A DNA stretch of 63,895 bases, filler included, from Stramenopiles sp. TOSAG23-2 (GCA_900128395.1; 13 parts of 13 records of this genome joined end to end with filler, not necessarily neighbours in it); one strand, 5' to 3'; positions 13,122 through 25,813 are shown, counted from the whole stretch's first letter. Numbers and translations: made by a program. The notes: generated by a model from the sequence alone, not told the origin.

Positions 13122-14105
13122 ATGCTTGCTAAAAATATAATATATAAAATACGAAAAAAATATGATATTCATTCAATGTTTAAAAATACAAGACGATATT
13201 TTAGTAATAATAATAACGAAGGATCGATGTTACATGGATTAAGCGAAGGGACAATATATGGTCGAAAAAATGGTGAAATTGTTGATGTATCTGACTTATC
13301 AGAAAATTGTGAGATTGAATTGTTATTATCACCAACACCAAATGGGCATAAAATATCGATTTTATTAGAAGAATTGAACATGGAATATAAAGTTAGATGT
13401 ATTGATTTATCTGGGGAACAATATCAAGAGGATTTTTTGACACATTCGCCAAATGCTAAAATACCTGTAATCATTGATCATAGTAACAACTTTAGTATTT
13501 TTGAATCTGGTGCTATTTTAACATATTTATGCGAAAAGTATGACAAAGATAATAAATTCTATTTTAATAATAATGATACTGCTGATTGGATAAATGATAC
13601 AGATAAATTTAAAAAGCGTAGTGAAATTATGCAATGGTTGATGTGGCAAAAAGCTAATCTTGGACCAATGGTTGGCCAAGCTATAACATTTAATCGTTTT
13701 GTAAAACAACCTATTGAAACAATTCAATATTCAATACATCGTTATGAGAAAGAATCTAGACGACTGTTCGAAGTTTGTGATAAACAAATTGGTAATAAAC
13801 AATTTATATGTACAGATGATGAACCATCTATAGCTGATTTTGCAATTTTTCCATGGATCAGAGCACATCGCATGGCAAAAGTTAGCATTGATGGATTATT
13901 AAATATTGAAAATTATTTAATAAGGATGAAAAAAAGAGTTGGAGTGAAAAAAGGTTTATCAGTGGGTTTTGTAAATACTCCATTGGGCAGAGAGATGGGT
14001 ATGCGTTATAGTAATGATCAGCGAATGACGGCAGAACAAAAAGAAGCATTTCTTGAAGGTGGTAGTAAATTTTTACATGAAAAAGCAGAAGAACTTAGTA
14101 AATAA
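13122..14105 (+). CDS. Glutathione S-transferase, YfcG/YghU (Nu-class/Ure2-like) disulfide oxidoreductase type, probably mitochondrial
   Basis: TPNGHKI, SPNAKIPVI, IFESGAILTYL, QWLMWQ...GPMVGQ and SIADFAIFPW motifs. The basic N-terminal extension ends in RRYFS. Confidence 0.88.
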   Translation: MLAKNIIYKIRKKYDIHSMFKNTRRYFSNNNNEGSMLHGLSEGTIYGRKNGEIVDVSDLSENCEIELLLSPTPNGHKISILLEELNMEYKVRCIDLSGEQYQEDFLTHSPNAKIPVIIDHSNNFSIFESGAILTYLCEKYDKDNKFYFNNNDTADWINDTDKFKKRSEIMQWLMWQKANLGPMVGQAITFNRFVKQPIETIQYSIHRYEKESRRLFEVCDKQIGNKQFICTDDEPSIADFAIFPWIRAHRMAKVSIDGLLNIENYLIRMKKRVGVKKGLSVGFVNTPLGREMGMRYSNDQRMTAEQKEAFLEGGSKFLHEKAEELSK

Positions 14106-14188
14106 AAAGAAGAAGAAATCCTTGTGTGTGTGTATGTGTGTGTGTGCAAAAAAATTAAATAAAAATCACGTATTTTTTTTATAAAAGA

Positions 14189-15565
14189 TCAAAAAAGTTC
14201 TTCTATATAATCTTTTAATGTTTTAAACAAGATACTACTTCCAAACAATATTGAAAAATGCAATAATCGTGATTTATCACGATTAATAAATGATAATCTT
14301 GGTATATAATCAAAATTAATTGCATTTTGCAAAATTAAATGTCCCAAATAGAGGCTCCACGTATTTCTTCCAATATAATATAATATATGTTGTACATACT
14401 CTGAACATACATTAATAAGATTTTTCAAACGAGAAATGTTACTATTATTAGGAGGAAGTTTTTGATGATCATCATCAGTAATAGAAGTTGTCATTACCAA
14501 TAATTGTACTATCCAAAACATTGAATATGCTAATGGAATATCTATTAATTCTCTAATCACTTGCTTAAACGGCTGATTATCATCAAAGTTCAGTGGATTT
14601 GGAGATAGAAAATACACATGAATAAAACTTCCAACAATCGTTGCAATGGACGATAACATTCCATATGTAGCTGGAATATCCAACAGTTGTTCATTATTGT
14701 TGCCACCATAATTAAAATATTTTGACAAAATCATTGAACCAAACATTATTTTTCCAAAAAATAAACTTGGCCAAATTATATGAGAGGATTCAATACCCAC
14801 CATACTTTTCTTTTCTTGTAAAAAATCATTTGGTATATATGCACTTAATGAACTACATAAAATCAATATCGATAAATATGCTGTATCAATGATATTATTT
14901 ATACTTCTTCTTTTTTCATTTTCTTTTGATTGTTCTTGAATCATCATGGTAGTAGACGTCTTATTATTATTATCATTCTTGTTTATTGATTTTTTTCTCC
15001 ATTTTGTTGATGGCGGCAATAAGAAGATATAATGCAAGATCGGATAAATTGAAATTTGCAAACATATCTCTGTAACAAACCAACTTGCTCCTAAATGCGG
15101 GGTATAACCAAGAAAAAATGCATAAAACCAGTTTATACTTCTCGGTTTTAAGTTAGTAAGTTGAAATAAATATTCAGTTTTCTTCGCAACTCCAAGTACT
15201 TTCCAAGAAAAAAGTGTTAACCACCATGAAAAAAACAAACGCTTGAAACGACCGACGATAAAATTTTTATACAATATTATATTATCAACATACAAATTAG
15301 AAGTAATATTATTTTTCATTCGATAATCATCACACCATAGTTTGGACGATATTCCGAAACAAACCATAAAAATTGATACGGCACGGTTGACGAAATGTTT
15401 AAATATATATGTTCCATGAAATAGTCTTGTATGAATTGCTAATACATTCAATATTGATATACCTTGAATGTAATATAATATTCTTTTTCTTTTTCTTCTT
15501 CTTGGTTTCTTCATTTTATTTTGCTTAATTTCGACAGTGTTAGTTACTGTACATGCACCATTCAT
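14189..15565 (-). CDS. Acyltransferase-3 family membrane protein
   Basis: IQGISILNVLAIH, AVSIFMVCFG, RFKRL, WFV and GRNTWSLYLGH motifs with multiple TMs. Confidence 0.7.
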   Translation of the reverse strand: MNGACTVTNTVEIKQNKMKKPRRRKRKRILYYIQGISILNVLAIHTRLFHGTYIFKHFVNRAVSIFMVCFGISSKLWCDDYRMKNNITSNLYVDNIILYKNFIVGRFKRLFFSWWLTLFSWKVLGVAKKTEYLFQLTNLKPRSINWFYAFFLGYTPHLGASWFVTEICLQISIYPILHYIFLLPPSTKWRKKSINKNDNNNKTSTTMMIQEQSKENEKRRSINNIIDTAYLSILILCSSLSAYIPNDFLQEKKSMVGIESSHIIWPSLFFGKIMFGSMILSKYFNYGGNNNEQLLDIPATYGMLSSIATIVGSFIHVYFLSPNPLNFDDNQPFKQVIRELIDIPLAYSMFWIVQLLVMTTSITDDDHQKLPPNNSNISRLKNLINVCSEYVQHILYYIGRNTWSLYLGHLILQNAINFDYIPRLSFINRDKSRLLHFSILFGSSILFKTLKDYIEELF

Positions 15566-15948
15566 CGTTTTATTTTTATTTATTTCTTGATATCTATTTT
15601 ATATATATTATACATATATATATGAAGAATTATTTATTTCTTGATATATGTATAATATTTATATATATATATTTTACGTACATTAAAAAGCCCCACCACA
15701 AAGAAAAAGTACGGTTTTATTATATATATATATATATATGGTGGTACTACTGTGTATGTATATATATAGCTATTATTATTAGACGATTTAGATTAATAAA
15801 AATGAAAAAAATTTTTACAAAACATCACGTCTATATATATATAGCGAATATAAATACACACATACATATAAAATACACACATACATAAAATACACACAAT
15901 ATTTTGCAATACATAATTTACCTCTTCGTATTATATGTAACCTACATG

Positions 15949-18873
15949 TCATCTTGTTCTGGATGTAAATGCATGCCTAGGATAGATACTTAAATCTAGC
16001 ATTTCTAATTGTTGTGTTAATGCAGGTTTGTCAAATGGACAGCGTTTTAACCATGGCACTTCATCCGAATTGATATTTGCTTGTTTTAATGATAATCTCG
16101 GGTTAAATGTAAATAAATGCACAATTTGTTCCTTAGCCAACTTCTTTTTCTCCTCAACGTTACCAAGACTGTTGTTCTCCAGCCATTCTTTGTATCGTCC
16201 TATGACGTCAGTGCCAAAATATTGAGATTTAGCAATATCTCTAACACCTAATTGATTGTCCAGTAAAACCATGTCGTACACCTGTTTTGTTGACTTTAAT
16301 CTTTCTAACGCTATCTTTCCCATTGAATTTGGATCATCCGATTTTACACAATATATCCTAACTTTTTTGCCTCGTTTCAAAAAGGTCTTTTCTAGTTGTG
16401 CAGTTAACAATTTCACATGCAAAATGTTATCATCAACAAGTAAAATAGAAAATATCGTATTGGAATTCTTACAATATTCATTCATCAGAGTTTCTAGCGC
16501 AGCGACTTCTTTTTCAAATACATTGATATCAAATATCCCTTTTGATAATTCAATCTCTTTTGAAAGTTTATGTAAACGTTTAGCACCTATGATTTCGCAG
16601 CTAGTTTTATATTTATGGATATCCCTTGCTATAGATTGATAATTTTCTTGTTGCAACGCAAGTTTCAAACGACTAACTATGTCGCCTTCTTCTGCGACAA
16701 AAACCTGGATGGCTTCTGCACCATCATTATTAAATGTCGATTTAAATGTTTGAAAATCCCACACGACGCCATAATTGTCATCTTTTCTATCCATTAATTC
16801 TACGCCAGAGATGCTACTACCGCTATTATCCACGCCGTAACGATAAATTGTACCTTCCATTTTTGAATCTTCGGCAACATAATTCTTATCCTCTCGATTT
16901 TTCGTTTCCTTCTTTATATACCCTTGATCGGTCATAGTGAACCAAAACGATGAACCGTACATTTCTCCAGATTCTTTACCATTGTGTATATTTACGTTTC
17001 TCAAATAAGGACTTTCTACATGACATCGACTATCTACCCAATTGAGAGATTCACGAACCGAATGTAATCCAATTCCCAAGCCATATGAAGTTGTTCCTGG
17101 CAAACGCATTTCGCGATCAAAAATAATCTCCTGATCTTCCTTTCGAATACCAGCACCTTCGTCACTAACACGGATCTCTACTTCTCCTTTAAAATAACAA
17201 ATTTCGATGCGAACAGCACCTACTGTATGCTTCATTGCATTTGTTATAAGATTCAATAAGCAATTGAAAAAAACGCTTCCCTCGATGTAAATGATATTTG
17301 GAACAGTATCATGTACCATTGTATAAATTCGTTTGCTTGAAATAAATAGTTGCGGTACCCACTCTAAAATGGTACGTATATTTATTGGTTCATATTCTGG
17401 TTTACGTATATCGAGGCATAGATTTTTTACATTTGCTTGCAGTATCAATTGAGACATTTCAGCAATAATTCTACCGTTTGATGCAGTTTTTAAACCATCA
17501 TTTACTTCCTTCTTGAGCTCCATTAATAAGTCTATATTCATATTTTTCGCATGCTTATCGCTACCTGTATTATCATTATTATTAAGACTCTCGTTATTCA
17601 TTTGTATGATATTATCCAATTTTTTTTGTATATTTTGAACATTTACATATATTTGATTCCAGCTATGCAACCCAATACCAGCAATATTTCCATAATTATG
17701 ACCTAAATTGGATATTAAACACGCTTGCTGATCACTTTTCTTTTTTTTTGACAATAACAATTGTGTATGATTGAACCATGATATTTTTACGGAGTATACA
17801 AGTAATCCACACATAATATATAATGCTGCCATATGGAATTTTGGTTCTAATAATATTTCTAAGTATGTCATCATTCCAACATGTCTTATCAATAACATAT
17901 TCATAAAGGCTGGTCCAAGTACTATTATCAAACTGAAACGATAACCAAAACGTTTTTTCTTTCCACAGCAACATTTTAAATTTAAGTCAAATGTTGCGAG
18001 ACCTAATAATGGTAGTGCTAAAAAATACAAATATACCATATATTGCTGGAATAACAACATCCAACCGTACAACCATGGCAATACAATTCTATTATCAAAT
18101 TCTTGATGTTGATTATATAATTCAGTATTTAGACATGTCACATTCTTTAAAGTATTGATACCTTCTACATGCAAAGATGCATGTTTTGAAAATTGAACAA
18201 ACTCAGGTTTAATGCGCCCAGTGAAAATGTTATTTGAATGCTTGAAGGCATGTGCAATTGTTACACATTCAATTGCATCCGAATCTATATAATGAAAATT
18301 AAATGAGCATATGACTTTGTTTACTGATGGCCATACTGCTATGTAATGAAAAAATACATATAGCCAACACGGAAGGAAAATTTCTTGAACCCATGCATAC
18401 CATTCACTGGACATTATCTTTTTGTAGGAATCACTATATGCGGACAATAGACACCCAATACCTAGACCTATTCTAGGGAATTGACGCAGGAAACTTACAT
18501 ACTGATTTGGGGGTAAAATCATATTTCGAAGATGTTTATCTCCTTGTATATTTTCATATGCTATCCAAGACAAAATAATTTTAAATATAGGAAAACCAAC
18601 TAAAAATATAGCAGCTATTTTCAACGTGGTGTTTAGATACAATTTTTTCTCCCACTGCTGAAATGATTTTTCTAAAGCAGGATCTTCGAATATTCCATTG
18701 TAAATATTTATTTCGCCATCATCTATATCACGTATTTTATTAGATGTATTATTATTTTTTTCGTCATTTGCACGTTTTTTTAAATATGTAAATATCCATG
18801 TTAATAATAAAATGGAAATAAATGAAAGTATTACTGCTCCTAATGTAATTACTATTGGTTTGAAGATAGCCAT
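15949..18873 (-). CDS. Membrane-bound hybrid histidine kinase (TM sensor - HisKA-like - HATPase_c - HPt - receiver)
   Basis: N box LLNLITNAMKHT, G1 VSDEGAGI and G2 GLGIGL. HPt IHKYKTSCEIIGA. Receiver ILLVDD...VLLDNQL...KP. First ATG at 18873; the ORF track extends to a GTG at 18975. Confidence 0.85.
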   Translation of the reverse strand: MAIFKPIVITLGAVILSFISILLLTWIFTYLKKRANDEKNNNTSNKIRDIDDGEINIYNGIFEDPALEKSFQQWEKKLYLNTTLKIAAIFLVGFPIFKIILSWIAYENIQGDKHLRNMILPPNQYVSFLRQFPRIGLGIGCLLSAYSDSYKKIMSSEWYAWVQEIFLPCWLYVFFHYIAVWPSVNKVICSFNFHYIDSDAIECVTIAHAFKHSNNIFTGRIKPEFVQFSKHASLHVEGINTLKNVTCLNTELYNQHQEFDNRIVLPWLYGWMLLFQQYMVYLYFLALPLLGLATFDLNLKCCCGKKKRFGYRFSLIIVLGPAFMNMLLIRHVGMMTYLEILLEPKFHMAALYIMCGLLVYSVKISWFNHTQLLLSKKKKSDQQACLISNLGHNYGNIAGIGLHSWNQIYVNVQNIQKKLDNIIQMNNESLNNNDNTGSDKHAKNMNIDLLMELKKEVNDGLKTASNGRIIAEMSQLILQANVKNLCLDIRKPEYEPINIRTILEWVPQLFISSKRIYTMVHDTVPNIIYIEGSVFFNCLLNLITNAMKHTVGAVRIEICYFKGEVEIRVSDEGAGIRKEDQEIIFDREMRLPGTTSYGLGIGLHSVRESLNWVDSRCHVESPYLRNVNIHNGKESGEMYGSSFWFTMTDQGYIKKETKNREDKNYVAEDSKMEGTIYRYGVDNSGSSISGVELMDRKDDNYGVVWDFQTFKSTFNNDGAEAIQVFVAEEGDIVSRLKLALQQENYQSIARDIHKYKTSCEIIGAKRLHKLSKEIELSKGIFDINVFEKEVAALETLMNEYCKNSNTIFSILLVDDNILHVKLLTAQLEKTFLKRGKKVRIYCVKSDDPNSMGKIALERLKSTKQVYDMVLLDNQLGVRDIAKSQYFGTDVIGRYKEWLENNSLGNVEEKKKLAKEQIVHLFTFNPRLSLKQANINSDEVPWLKRCPFDKPALTQQLEMLDLSIYPRHAFTSRTR

Positions 18874-20190
18874 ATTATCTTTGACTACTACGATCTCTGT
18901 TTGTATATGTTTATCCGCGACTAGAATTGTCTTTGTCTTTTCTTTTCTTTTTTTTTTGTATATATATATCTCCACTCTTTACTCTTCACCATAAATTTAA
19001 TACAATTATACAATTATATTCTATATGTTGTACATTCTACATTATGTATTTATAGTTGCTATACATTTGTACCTTTAGCGACGAAAGCACGAGGCACTAA
19101 TATTAATTTCCTAATGGTGGTAGGAAACTAATATTAATATAATGGTATGCACATACTACCTGGTACTGTAATCTGGTAAGATGAAAAGGATCTAAAAATA
19201 TTTATTCTATCATCAGCTAATACTTTTTTTGGTGGTCGTAAGTGTTAAACAAAAATATTGCCCTTCTCTCAAGTACAAAAACTACCTAATTTTGCCTATC
19301 AAATATATCAAACACTACAAATCTACTGAGTATATGAAAAGGACGACATTAAGTATAAATATGATAGGAAATGAAAAACAGAAAACATGGCAGAAAAAGA
19401 NNNNNNNNNNNNNNNNNNNNNNNNNNNNNNNNNNNNNNNNNNNNTTAATTAATTAANNNNNNNNNNNNNNNNNNNNNNNNNNNNNNNNNNNNNNNNNNNN
19501 AACAAGTTTTGATTCACCATATTTAACAAATTCAAAATGTAGAAGTGTGAAATAATATAATAGAGTGTGTGTGTGTGTGTGTGCGTTTTTGGCAAAATGA
19601 TAGGCATAATTCATAACATTTCTCTATATACAAATATTGTACTAAACATCAAATCGAGAAACCCAGAAACCCTACAAAGAACATGAAAATTTTCGCTTTG
19701 TATGCTATACATGCATACTATATTCTTTATTCGTTTTTTGTTTGTTGAATAATATAAATAATCCGGAAGAAGAAGATGTTTTATTTACTTACAAATAAAT
19801 CGTTGTAAAACAATTTCTTATACATGATGGTATTCGAATTGGTCGGGGAGCGAGTATGAATTATTGTCTCCACCGTTAACTACCCAATTTGGGTAATTTT
19901 GTTTAGTCAGAGGTGTATATCCGATTAAATCTATTATACCTCTGCCCCTAATACAAATAAGATGTTATTTGACCTTGCATAATGCCAAAATACTCGCTCG
20001 AATTGTTGTCTAAATTTATACTCGTATGCACCCCACGATGGCAACCTTTTCGATTTTTCACAAATCTTGATGATCTTGATTTCGTGCACCTTTTTATATT
20101 CATTGCTAGATGTGCTTCATACATGTTGTTTTTACCATGCAGGAGTTTTGAAACATTGTCAAAAAATGCTATGTAATCACACGTTACAAT

Positions 20191-20622
20191 TTGACATATT
20201 CTTCACCATTTTGGTCTAATGGAGTTGCAAATGCAGCTGCAAGAATCATGACAGAAGGATATTCACAAATTGTACATTATGGTATGTCCGCTCCAAGTTT
20301 AAAATATACCTCCGAAGTATTTTCATCCTTCCCCAACAATGGATATTTCATCGTATTAAAATCTGCACCGATGTATCAACATTTAACATCTGTTTATAAC
20401 AACCCGGTTTTAGCAGTTATGGCTGCATTAGGAGGTTTTTTTTCATTTATTATGGCTATATTAAGTTATTTTAAAAAAAAGTCGCTACGAATTGGTGTGA
20501 AACTTGGTTGGATATGTTGTTTAACGAAACGTGGTACTGCAATGGGTACAGATTATAAAGTAGAGGCAATTCGTGTAAAAAAACAAGCAAGAAAAGATGA
20601 TGGCGGTAGTAGTGATTACTAA
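20191..20622 (+). CDS. C-terminal fragment of an unknown single-TM protein; possibly a pseudogene or lacking upstream exons
   Basis: Protein-like ORF with the hydrophobic segment LAVMAALGGFFSFIMAILSYF followed by a basic tail. No convincing 5' end. Confidence 0.35.
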   Translation: MTYSSPFWSNGVANAAARIMTEGYSQIVHYGMSAPSLKYTSEVFSSFPNNGYFIVLKSAPMYQHLTSVYNNPVLAVMAALGGFFSFIMAILSYFKKKSLRIGVKLGWICCLTKRGTAMGTDYKVEAIRVKKQARKDDGGSSDY

Positions 20623-21305
20623 AAAAACATGTACGAATGCGTAATTTATATGTGTCAGTCGATGAACAAAAAATGTGTGCGTCTTTTTTTTTAATACTCA
20701 ATAATTTCTAATAATTTAATTTTAAATATTAAAGCACTATTTTCAATAATATATGAATTTCGTTTCTTATTACCATATGCTAAATCCGATGGTATATGAA
20801 AGAGAATTATTAGGTATGCAAACTCAAACAACTGATATTTGGCAAGGAAGATTTGATAAGGTGTATGAAATAGCAAAAAAAATGGGTGCAGATGCAAGTG
20901 TATTAAATGCAATAAGAGATAAACCACTTACGCAAGGGGTATAAAAGATTCATACGAATAGTATATATACACACATAAATATCTATATATTCATCCAATC
21001 TTTGTTCATCCATTCTCCAACAATTTATTTTAAACACATGTGTGTCGTCATGTCTTTCGCATATATATTATGTACACCACCGTTTTCACCTATCAAAATT
21101 CACCCCAAGTACACATAAAATGTAATGTACACGAATGCACGAAGAATGATGAAAAAAAACAATAAATAATAATAAATTTCAAAATATTTAAATATAAAAA
21201 TAAAATAAAAAGTTGTAGATATATAGAAAAATGGTAGAAGAAATATAATAATCGCTATATGTATACACATACATATATTAAATCAGATCACATAATACAA
21301 TTATC

Positions 21306-22394
21306 ATGTCGGAAAGTGGGGATGATTTTGGATTAGTATTACAAAGTGCATTGATTTTTTTATCAGCAATAGCTGCGATAGCATCCTATATTATACAATC
21401 TAGATTAAAAAGCAAAGAACACAATGGTGAATTAAATAGACAGCACAATCAAGAGCTACGAAAAATACGGTTGCAACGAGTGCGTGAAAAATTAGATACG
21501 TTCGTAGGTCCAGCGTCACAGATTTCAAGTGCATTTTGGTATATATATTTTACAACACTTGCACCAAAAGGATTTTATCCAAGAAAATTAAGTATAGGAA
21601 ACGAGATTGAAACTAAATATAATCAAAGTCTTGATGATATAACAGATGGTGCAGTTACAAAATATTTCAAATCAATCAATATTGATTTTACAAATGCATG
21701 GGTAAAACCAAATAAAAACATCACGTTCAATCAAATACCATCATTTGTCTCTCCAGAGATGGAAGAGCAAATTAGAAAAGATCCAGAAGGAGAAATAGGC
21801 ACATTGTATATAATGTCATGTAGAAGGATGATTTTAGGGCTTGGAAAAAAATTAGCAGATTTAATATTAAATTATGGTGGTCACTTACATGAATGGTCTT
21901 CTCGAGAAAAATTTAAAAAAAAATATTATATTGCCAAAGATAGTGGATATTTGAGACAATTGTATTTCGTCCAGTTTATTGGTTTTATTGATGAATTTGA
22001 ATATATTATTAAAAATTTGTGGGATAAAGGCAATTATACGTTGTTGTACCCAAAAGGTGCAAAACTACCAATGCAATTGTTTCAAAATTATTTCCCTGAA
22101 ATGGTAACAACATTACGTGAGAAAGAAAGTGAATTAGGAATTGATTCACATAATGAAATGTCAATGGAAGAGGAATGGGATGAATTATTAAAAACACATA
22201 GTCAAGTAGTGGAGGAAGATCACCATGATCATCATCATGATCCGGTTGCACCTAGTGTTGCAGTTCGTAAAGCAGCAAATCAATGGAGAGGACGTGTTAC
22301 TAATAATAAAAGAAGTAATAGTAGTAGTAGTAGTAGAAATCTGCAACGAAATGATTCTAAGTATGATTATAACAAGAAAAATGGCGGAATGTAA
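21306..22394 (+). CDS. Hypothetical protein with N-terminal TM helix and short coiled coil
   Basis: Intact 362-aa ATG-initiated ORF; no family recognised. Confidence 0.75.
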   Translation: MSESGDDFGLVLQSALIFLSAIAAIASYIIQSRLKSKEHNGELNRQHNQELRKIRLQRVREKLDTFVGPASQISSAFWYIYFTTLAPKGFYPRKLSIGNEIETKYNQSLDDITDGAVTKYFKSINIDFTNAWVKPNKNITFNQIPSFVSPEMEEQIRKDPEGEIGTLYIMSCRRMILGLGKKLADLILNYGGHLHEWSSREKFKKKYYIAKDSGYLRQLYFVQFIGFIDEFEYIIKNLWDKGNYTLLYPKGAKLPMQLFQNYFPEMVTTLREKESELGIDSHNEMSMEEEWDELLKTHSQVVEEDHHDHHHDPVAPSVAVRKAANQWRGRVTNNKRSNSSSSSRNLQRNDSKYDYNKKNGGM

Positions 22395-22677
22395 ATGGAG
22401 AGTTTATGGTGGAAAAAACTGTGTGTGTGAAAATGTAAAAAAATAAAATATCTTTCTCGAACTTATAGTGCGTCTTTTAGAGGGGGAAATTAATTTTTAT
22501 ACTGACACACAAAAAAACCAACATCTCTCTCTTTTCCTCTTCTCCTGTACTTTACATATCGAACCTTCTTTCACCACACGTACTACTAAACACTTCTCTC
22601 TCTCCCTCTCACACCCATATGCATGCCATATATATTATAATAACCACCTTTCTCTCATTTTCTCTTATCACACGCTT

Positions 22678-24204
22678 TTAAAAACGACATATTGGTGCAT
22701 CATTGGTTTGATCTATATCACATTTATGTCCAAACAATGTACGTATATTGTTAATACGATATTTAATCATTGTTGGCCTTTCTAATGATAACCCCCATGC
22801 AATGACACGTACATCTTCTGGTACACCCATTGGTAATACCATTTCTGGTCGGAAAATACCGGAATTACCAATTTCCGTCCATTTCTTTAGATCAGGATGA
22901 TATCCAAAGATTTCCATACTTGGTTCTGTATATGGATTAAATGCAGGTTTAAAACGCAATTGGGTAATACCAATCTTCCTGAAAAATTCATGAATAATAC
23001 CTTTCAAATGTCCTAAACCTAATCCACGATCTGCTACGAAGCCTTCCACTTGATGAAATTCAGCTAAATGTGTTGCATCCATCGTTTCATTACGAAATAC
23101 ACGATCGATTGAAAAATATTTCTTAGGTGTAAATGGTTTCCCTGCTCTAACATCTTCACCTAATTTGTAAAGCATTTGTGCAGAGATTGCAGTTGTATGT
23201 GTACGTAATAAATTCTTAAATGCTTCCTCTTTCGACCAATCGTAACGATATCCAATACTACCAAAACCACCTTCACTGTGTGTTTTTTTCACACGTTCCA
23301 AATAATCCTCCGGTACACTATTTGTACGTGCACCTTTGCCTTTAATGAAAAATGTATCATGCGCATCTCTTGCTGGATGTTGTTGAGGTTGAAACAATGA
23401 ATCAAAGTTCCAAAATGAACTTTCCACCCATTTATTTGTTGGCATTTCCTCGAAACCCATTTCCAATAAGATCATACGAAATTCTTTTCTAACTTTCATC
23501 AATGGATGTAAATGCCCACCACCAACATTTGCACCTAATGATGTGAAATTATATGGTTTAAATTTTGTAGTTTCCCAACTACCACTGCGTATCATCTCCT
23601 CCGTCAAATCAGCTTCTGGCTTTACAAATTTACTAGCATAATTCACACCTTTTACAACATTGAATGATTTTCGTTTGACTGCTTTTACCACTTTTCGCCT
23701 TGTTAACTCTTTCCATTTTTTAGCATCTAATATGCTTTCATCCCCATTGCTAGTACCAATTAATTTTAAAGTTTCAACAAAATCATCGTTTGGTTGTTCA
23801 GTTGTCGCACGAGTGAATTTTTTCGTCTTTTTATCAATTTTCTCAACTTTAAACAACTTGCGTTTCATACAGCCACTAATTCCAGCTTTAAAACCAGCTT
23901 TGCCTAATTTTGGTTCCATTTGTGCTTTTAAATCACTTTCCAAAATTCCTTCTTCTGGCACAGCGTTAAACATACGTACTTCTGGTGATCCGTTTTGTAT
24001 ACAATCCATCCCATCTTTTGTCAATTCATGGAAACTAACTTCAATTACTTTGGAATTGCAATATTGTTCCGCATCTAATTTTTTCACTGCACTAACAATA
24101 TCATTATGTGCTATATTTTTAGAAATAGCATATGGCCATGTGTCTTCAATAGGACCTTTACCTAAATCTTCCAATACTATATTTAATGTTTTTTCATCCG
24201 ACAT
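22678..24204 (-). CDS. FARSA: Cytosolic phenylalanyl-tRNA synthetase alpha subunit
   Basis: [65 protein letters not shown] and [11 protein letters not shown]. Confidence 0.97.
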   Translation of the reverse strand: MSDEKTLNIVLEDLGKGPIEDTWPYAISKNIAHNDIVSAVKKLDAEQYCNSKVIEVSFHELTKDGMDCIQNGSPEVRMFNAVPEEGILESDLKAQMEPKLGKAGFKAGISGCMKRKLFKVEKIDKKTKKFTRATTEQPNDDFVETLKLIGTSNGDESILDAKKWKELTRRKVVKAVKRKSFNVVKGVNYASKFVKPEADLTEEMIRSGSWETTKFKPYNFTSLGANVGGGHLHPLMKVRKEFRMILLEMGFEEMPTNKWVESSFWNFDSLFQPQQHPARDAHDTFFIKGKGARTNSVPEDYLERVKKTHSEGGFGSIGYRYDWSKEEAFKNLLRTHTTAISAQMLYKLGEDVRAGKPFTPKKYFSIDRVFRNETMDATHLAEFHQVEGFVADRGLGLGHLKGIIHEFFRKIGITQLRFKPAFNPYTEPSMEIFGYHPDLKKWTEIGNSGIFRPEMVLPMGVPEDVRVIAWGLSLERPTMIKYRINNIRTLFGHKCDIDQTNDAPICRF

Positions 24205-24759
24205 TGTTTTATATATATATATATATTTGTTATATACGTTATATTATTACTATGATTTTTCTCCTTATCGTATAAAAATGTAAAACCACTCTGTTTGTAT
24301 CTCCTTTCCCTTCTAGTTTCTTACCTTCCAACAAATGACTAAACATATATATATATTTTAATGGTGTTTTACGTATCCTTTCCATTCATTTTTCATTTTT
24401 TTGATGATGGGTTCTTCATATGTGTTACTAGTGCTATTTCCATGTTAACCTGCACCTAGTATAGACACAGGAGGTGCTACAAGTTCATCATATCCGACGC
24501 TGATGTTGTGGAAGCAATTTTATTGAGGGAAGTCGACAATGAACGTTGTTTGTAAATTATATAATAACTGTATGTTTGTTGTTGTTGTTGAGAAGAGAAT
24601 GACAATATATGTATGTGGAAGTTTTTATACAATATATATAATATTCAAAATATATAATATTTATATAAATTGATTGTAGAAAAGAATATATTAAATACTA
24701 AATTTAATCATTTGCATGTTATTAATAAACAAAAAAAATATTATTTTAAATAAAAAAAT

Positions 24760-25587
24760 ATGGAAAATGCATCTTCACCGTTTCGTACTGTAAATCAAAT
24801 AAATTTATCGTTTTTCAATAGTCCAAGGAAAAATAAAACACCTAATAATAAAAAGAATCGCAAAAATAATAATAGCGGTGCAGCATCACCATATTATAAT
24901 AAAAACATATTTTCATCGCCAAGAAGACGTGGACAAGTATCACCAGCTATCTTTGATATCGATATGGATCATGCATCAATTATTGGTAAATCAACTAGGA
25001 AAAAGAAAAGAAAGCCTAAATTAGCTAAAAAAACAAAACAAGTCATGGTGTCATTTTTAGATACGTCTTCACCATCACCTTTAAAATTATCTAAACGTAC
25101 GAATCAATTATTTGCTTCAAATAATAGTAATAGTATACGTAGATTGGCCACGAATAATTTAATGAGAAACAATAGTAAGAAAAATGAAAATAATAAGAAA
25201 AAGAAGAGAAATAATAGCAATAATAATAATAATAAAAAAAAGGAAAATAATAATAATTATAATAATAATAACGATAAAGAGGAGGAAGAAGAAGAGCAGG
25301 ATATTCATGATATGTATGTACCAATGCATTCCATCACAAATTTATATCGTCGAAGTGAAATAATGGAACATAACATTGAAGTTGGCATTAAATTACATAA
25401 ATATTTACTATCACAAGGATTGACACCATCAAAAGCATCCAAAATGGCAAGACCATATTTTTTGGAAGATTTTAGATCGAAAACACCACCAAAAACGTTT
25501 TCTCCATTTAGAAAATCAGCAAGGGTTTTATTTGGATATGATGCGGTGACGAAAACTCCATCTTCAAATGTAAAGCAAATGAGGTAA
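24760..25587 (+). CDS. Hypothetical low-complexity, Ser-Pro/Lys-rich protein
   Basis: 275-aa ATG ORF with many SP/TP motifs and basic patches. Confidence 0.6.
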   Translation: MENASSPFRTVNQINLSFFNSPRKNKTPNNKKNRKNNNSGAASPYYNKNIFSSPRRRGQVSPAIFDIDMDHASIIGKSTRKKKRKPKLAKKTKQVMVSFLDTSSPSPLKLSKRTNQLFASNNSNSIRRLATNNLMRNNSKKNENNKKKKRNNSNNNNNKKKENNNNYNNNNDKEEEEEEQDIHDMYVPMHSITNLYRRSEIMEHNIEVGIKLHKYLLSQGLTPSKASKMARPYFLEDFRSKTPPKTFSPFRKSARVLFGYDAVTKTPSSNVKQMR

Positions 25588-25813
25588 AGCAAAGAAATAG
25601 AGGAGGAGAGAGAAAAGAAGGACCAAAAATCACCACGATAAATATTATAAACTACAGCATATTTTAAATATATATAAAAATATATGATGAAGTGAAGTAT
25701 TTTTTCTTGCATAAAATGTTCTCTTTTAATATCCCACATTTAATTTTTTAATTACACGCACACACGGCCGACGACTTTTTACAGAAGTGTAACCCTACTC
25801 GATCAAAACTTAT

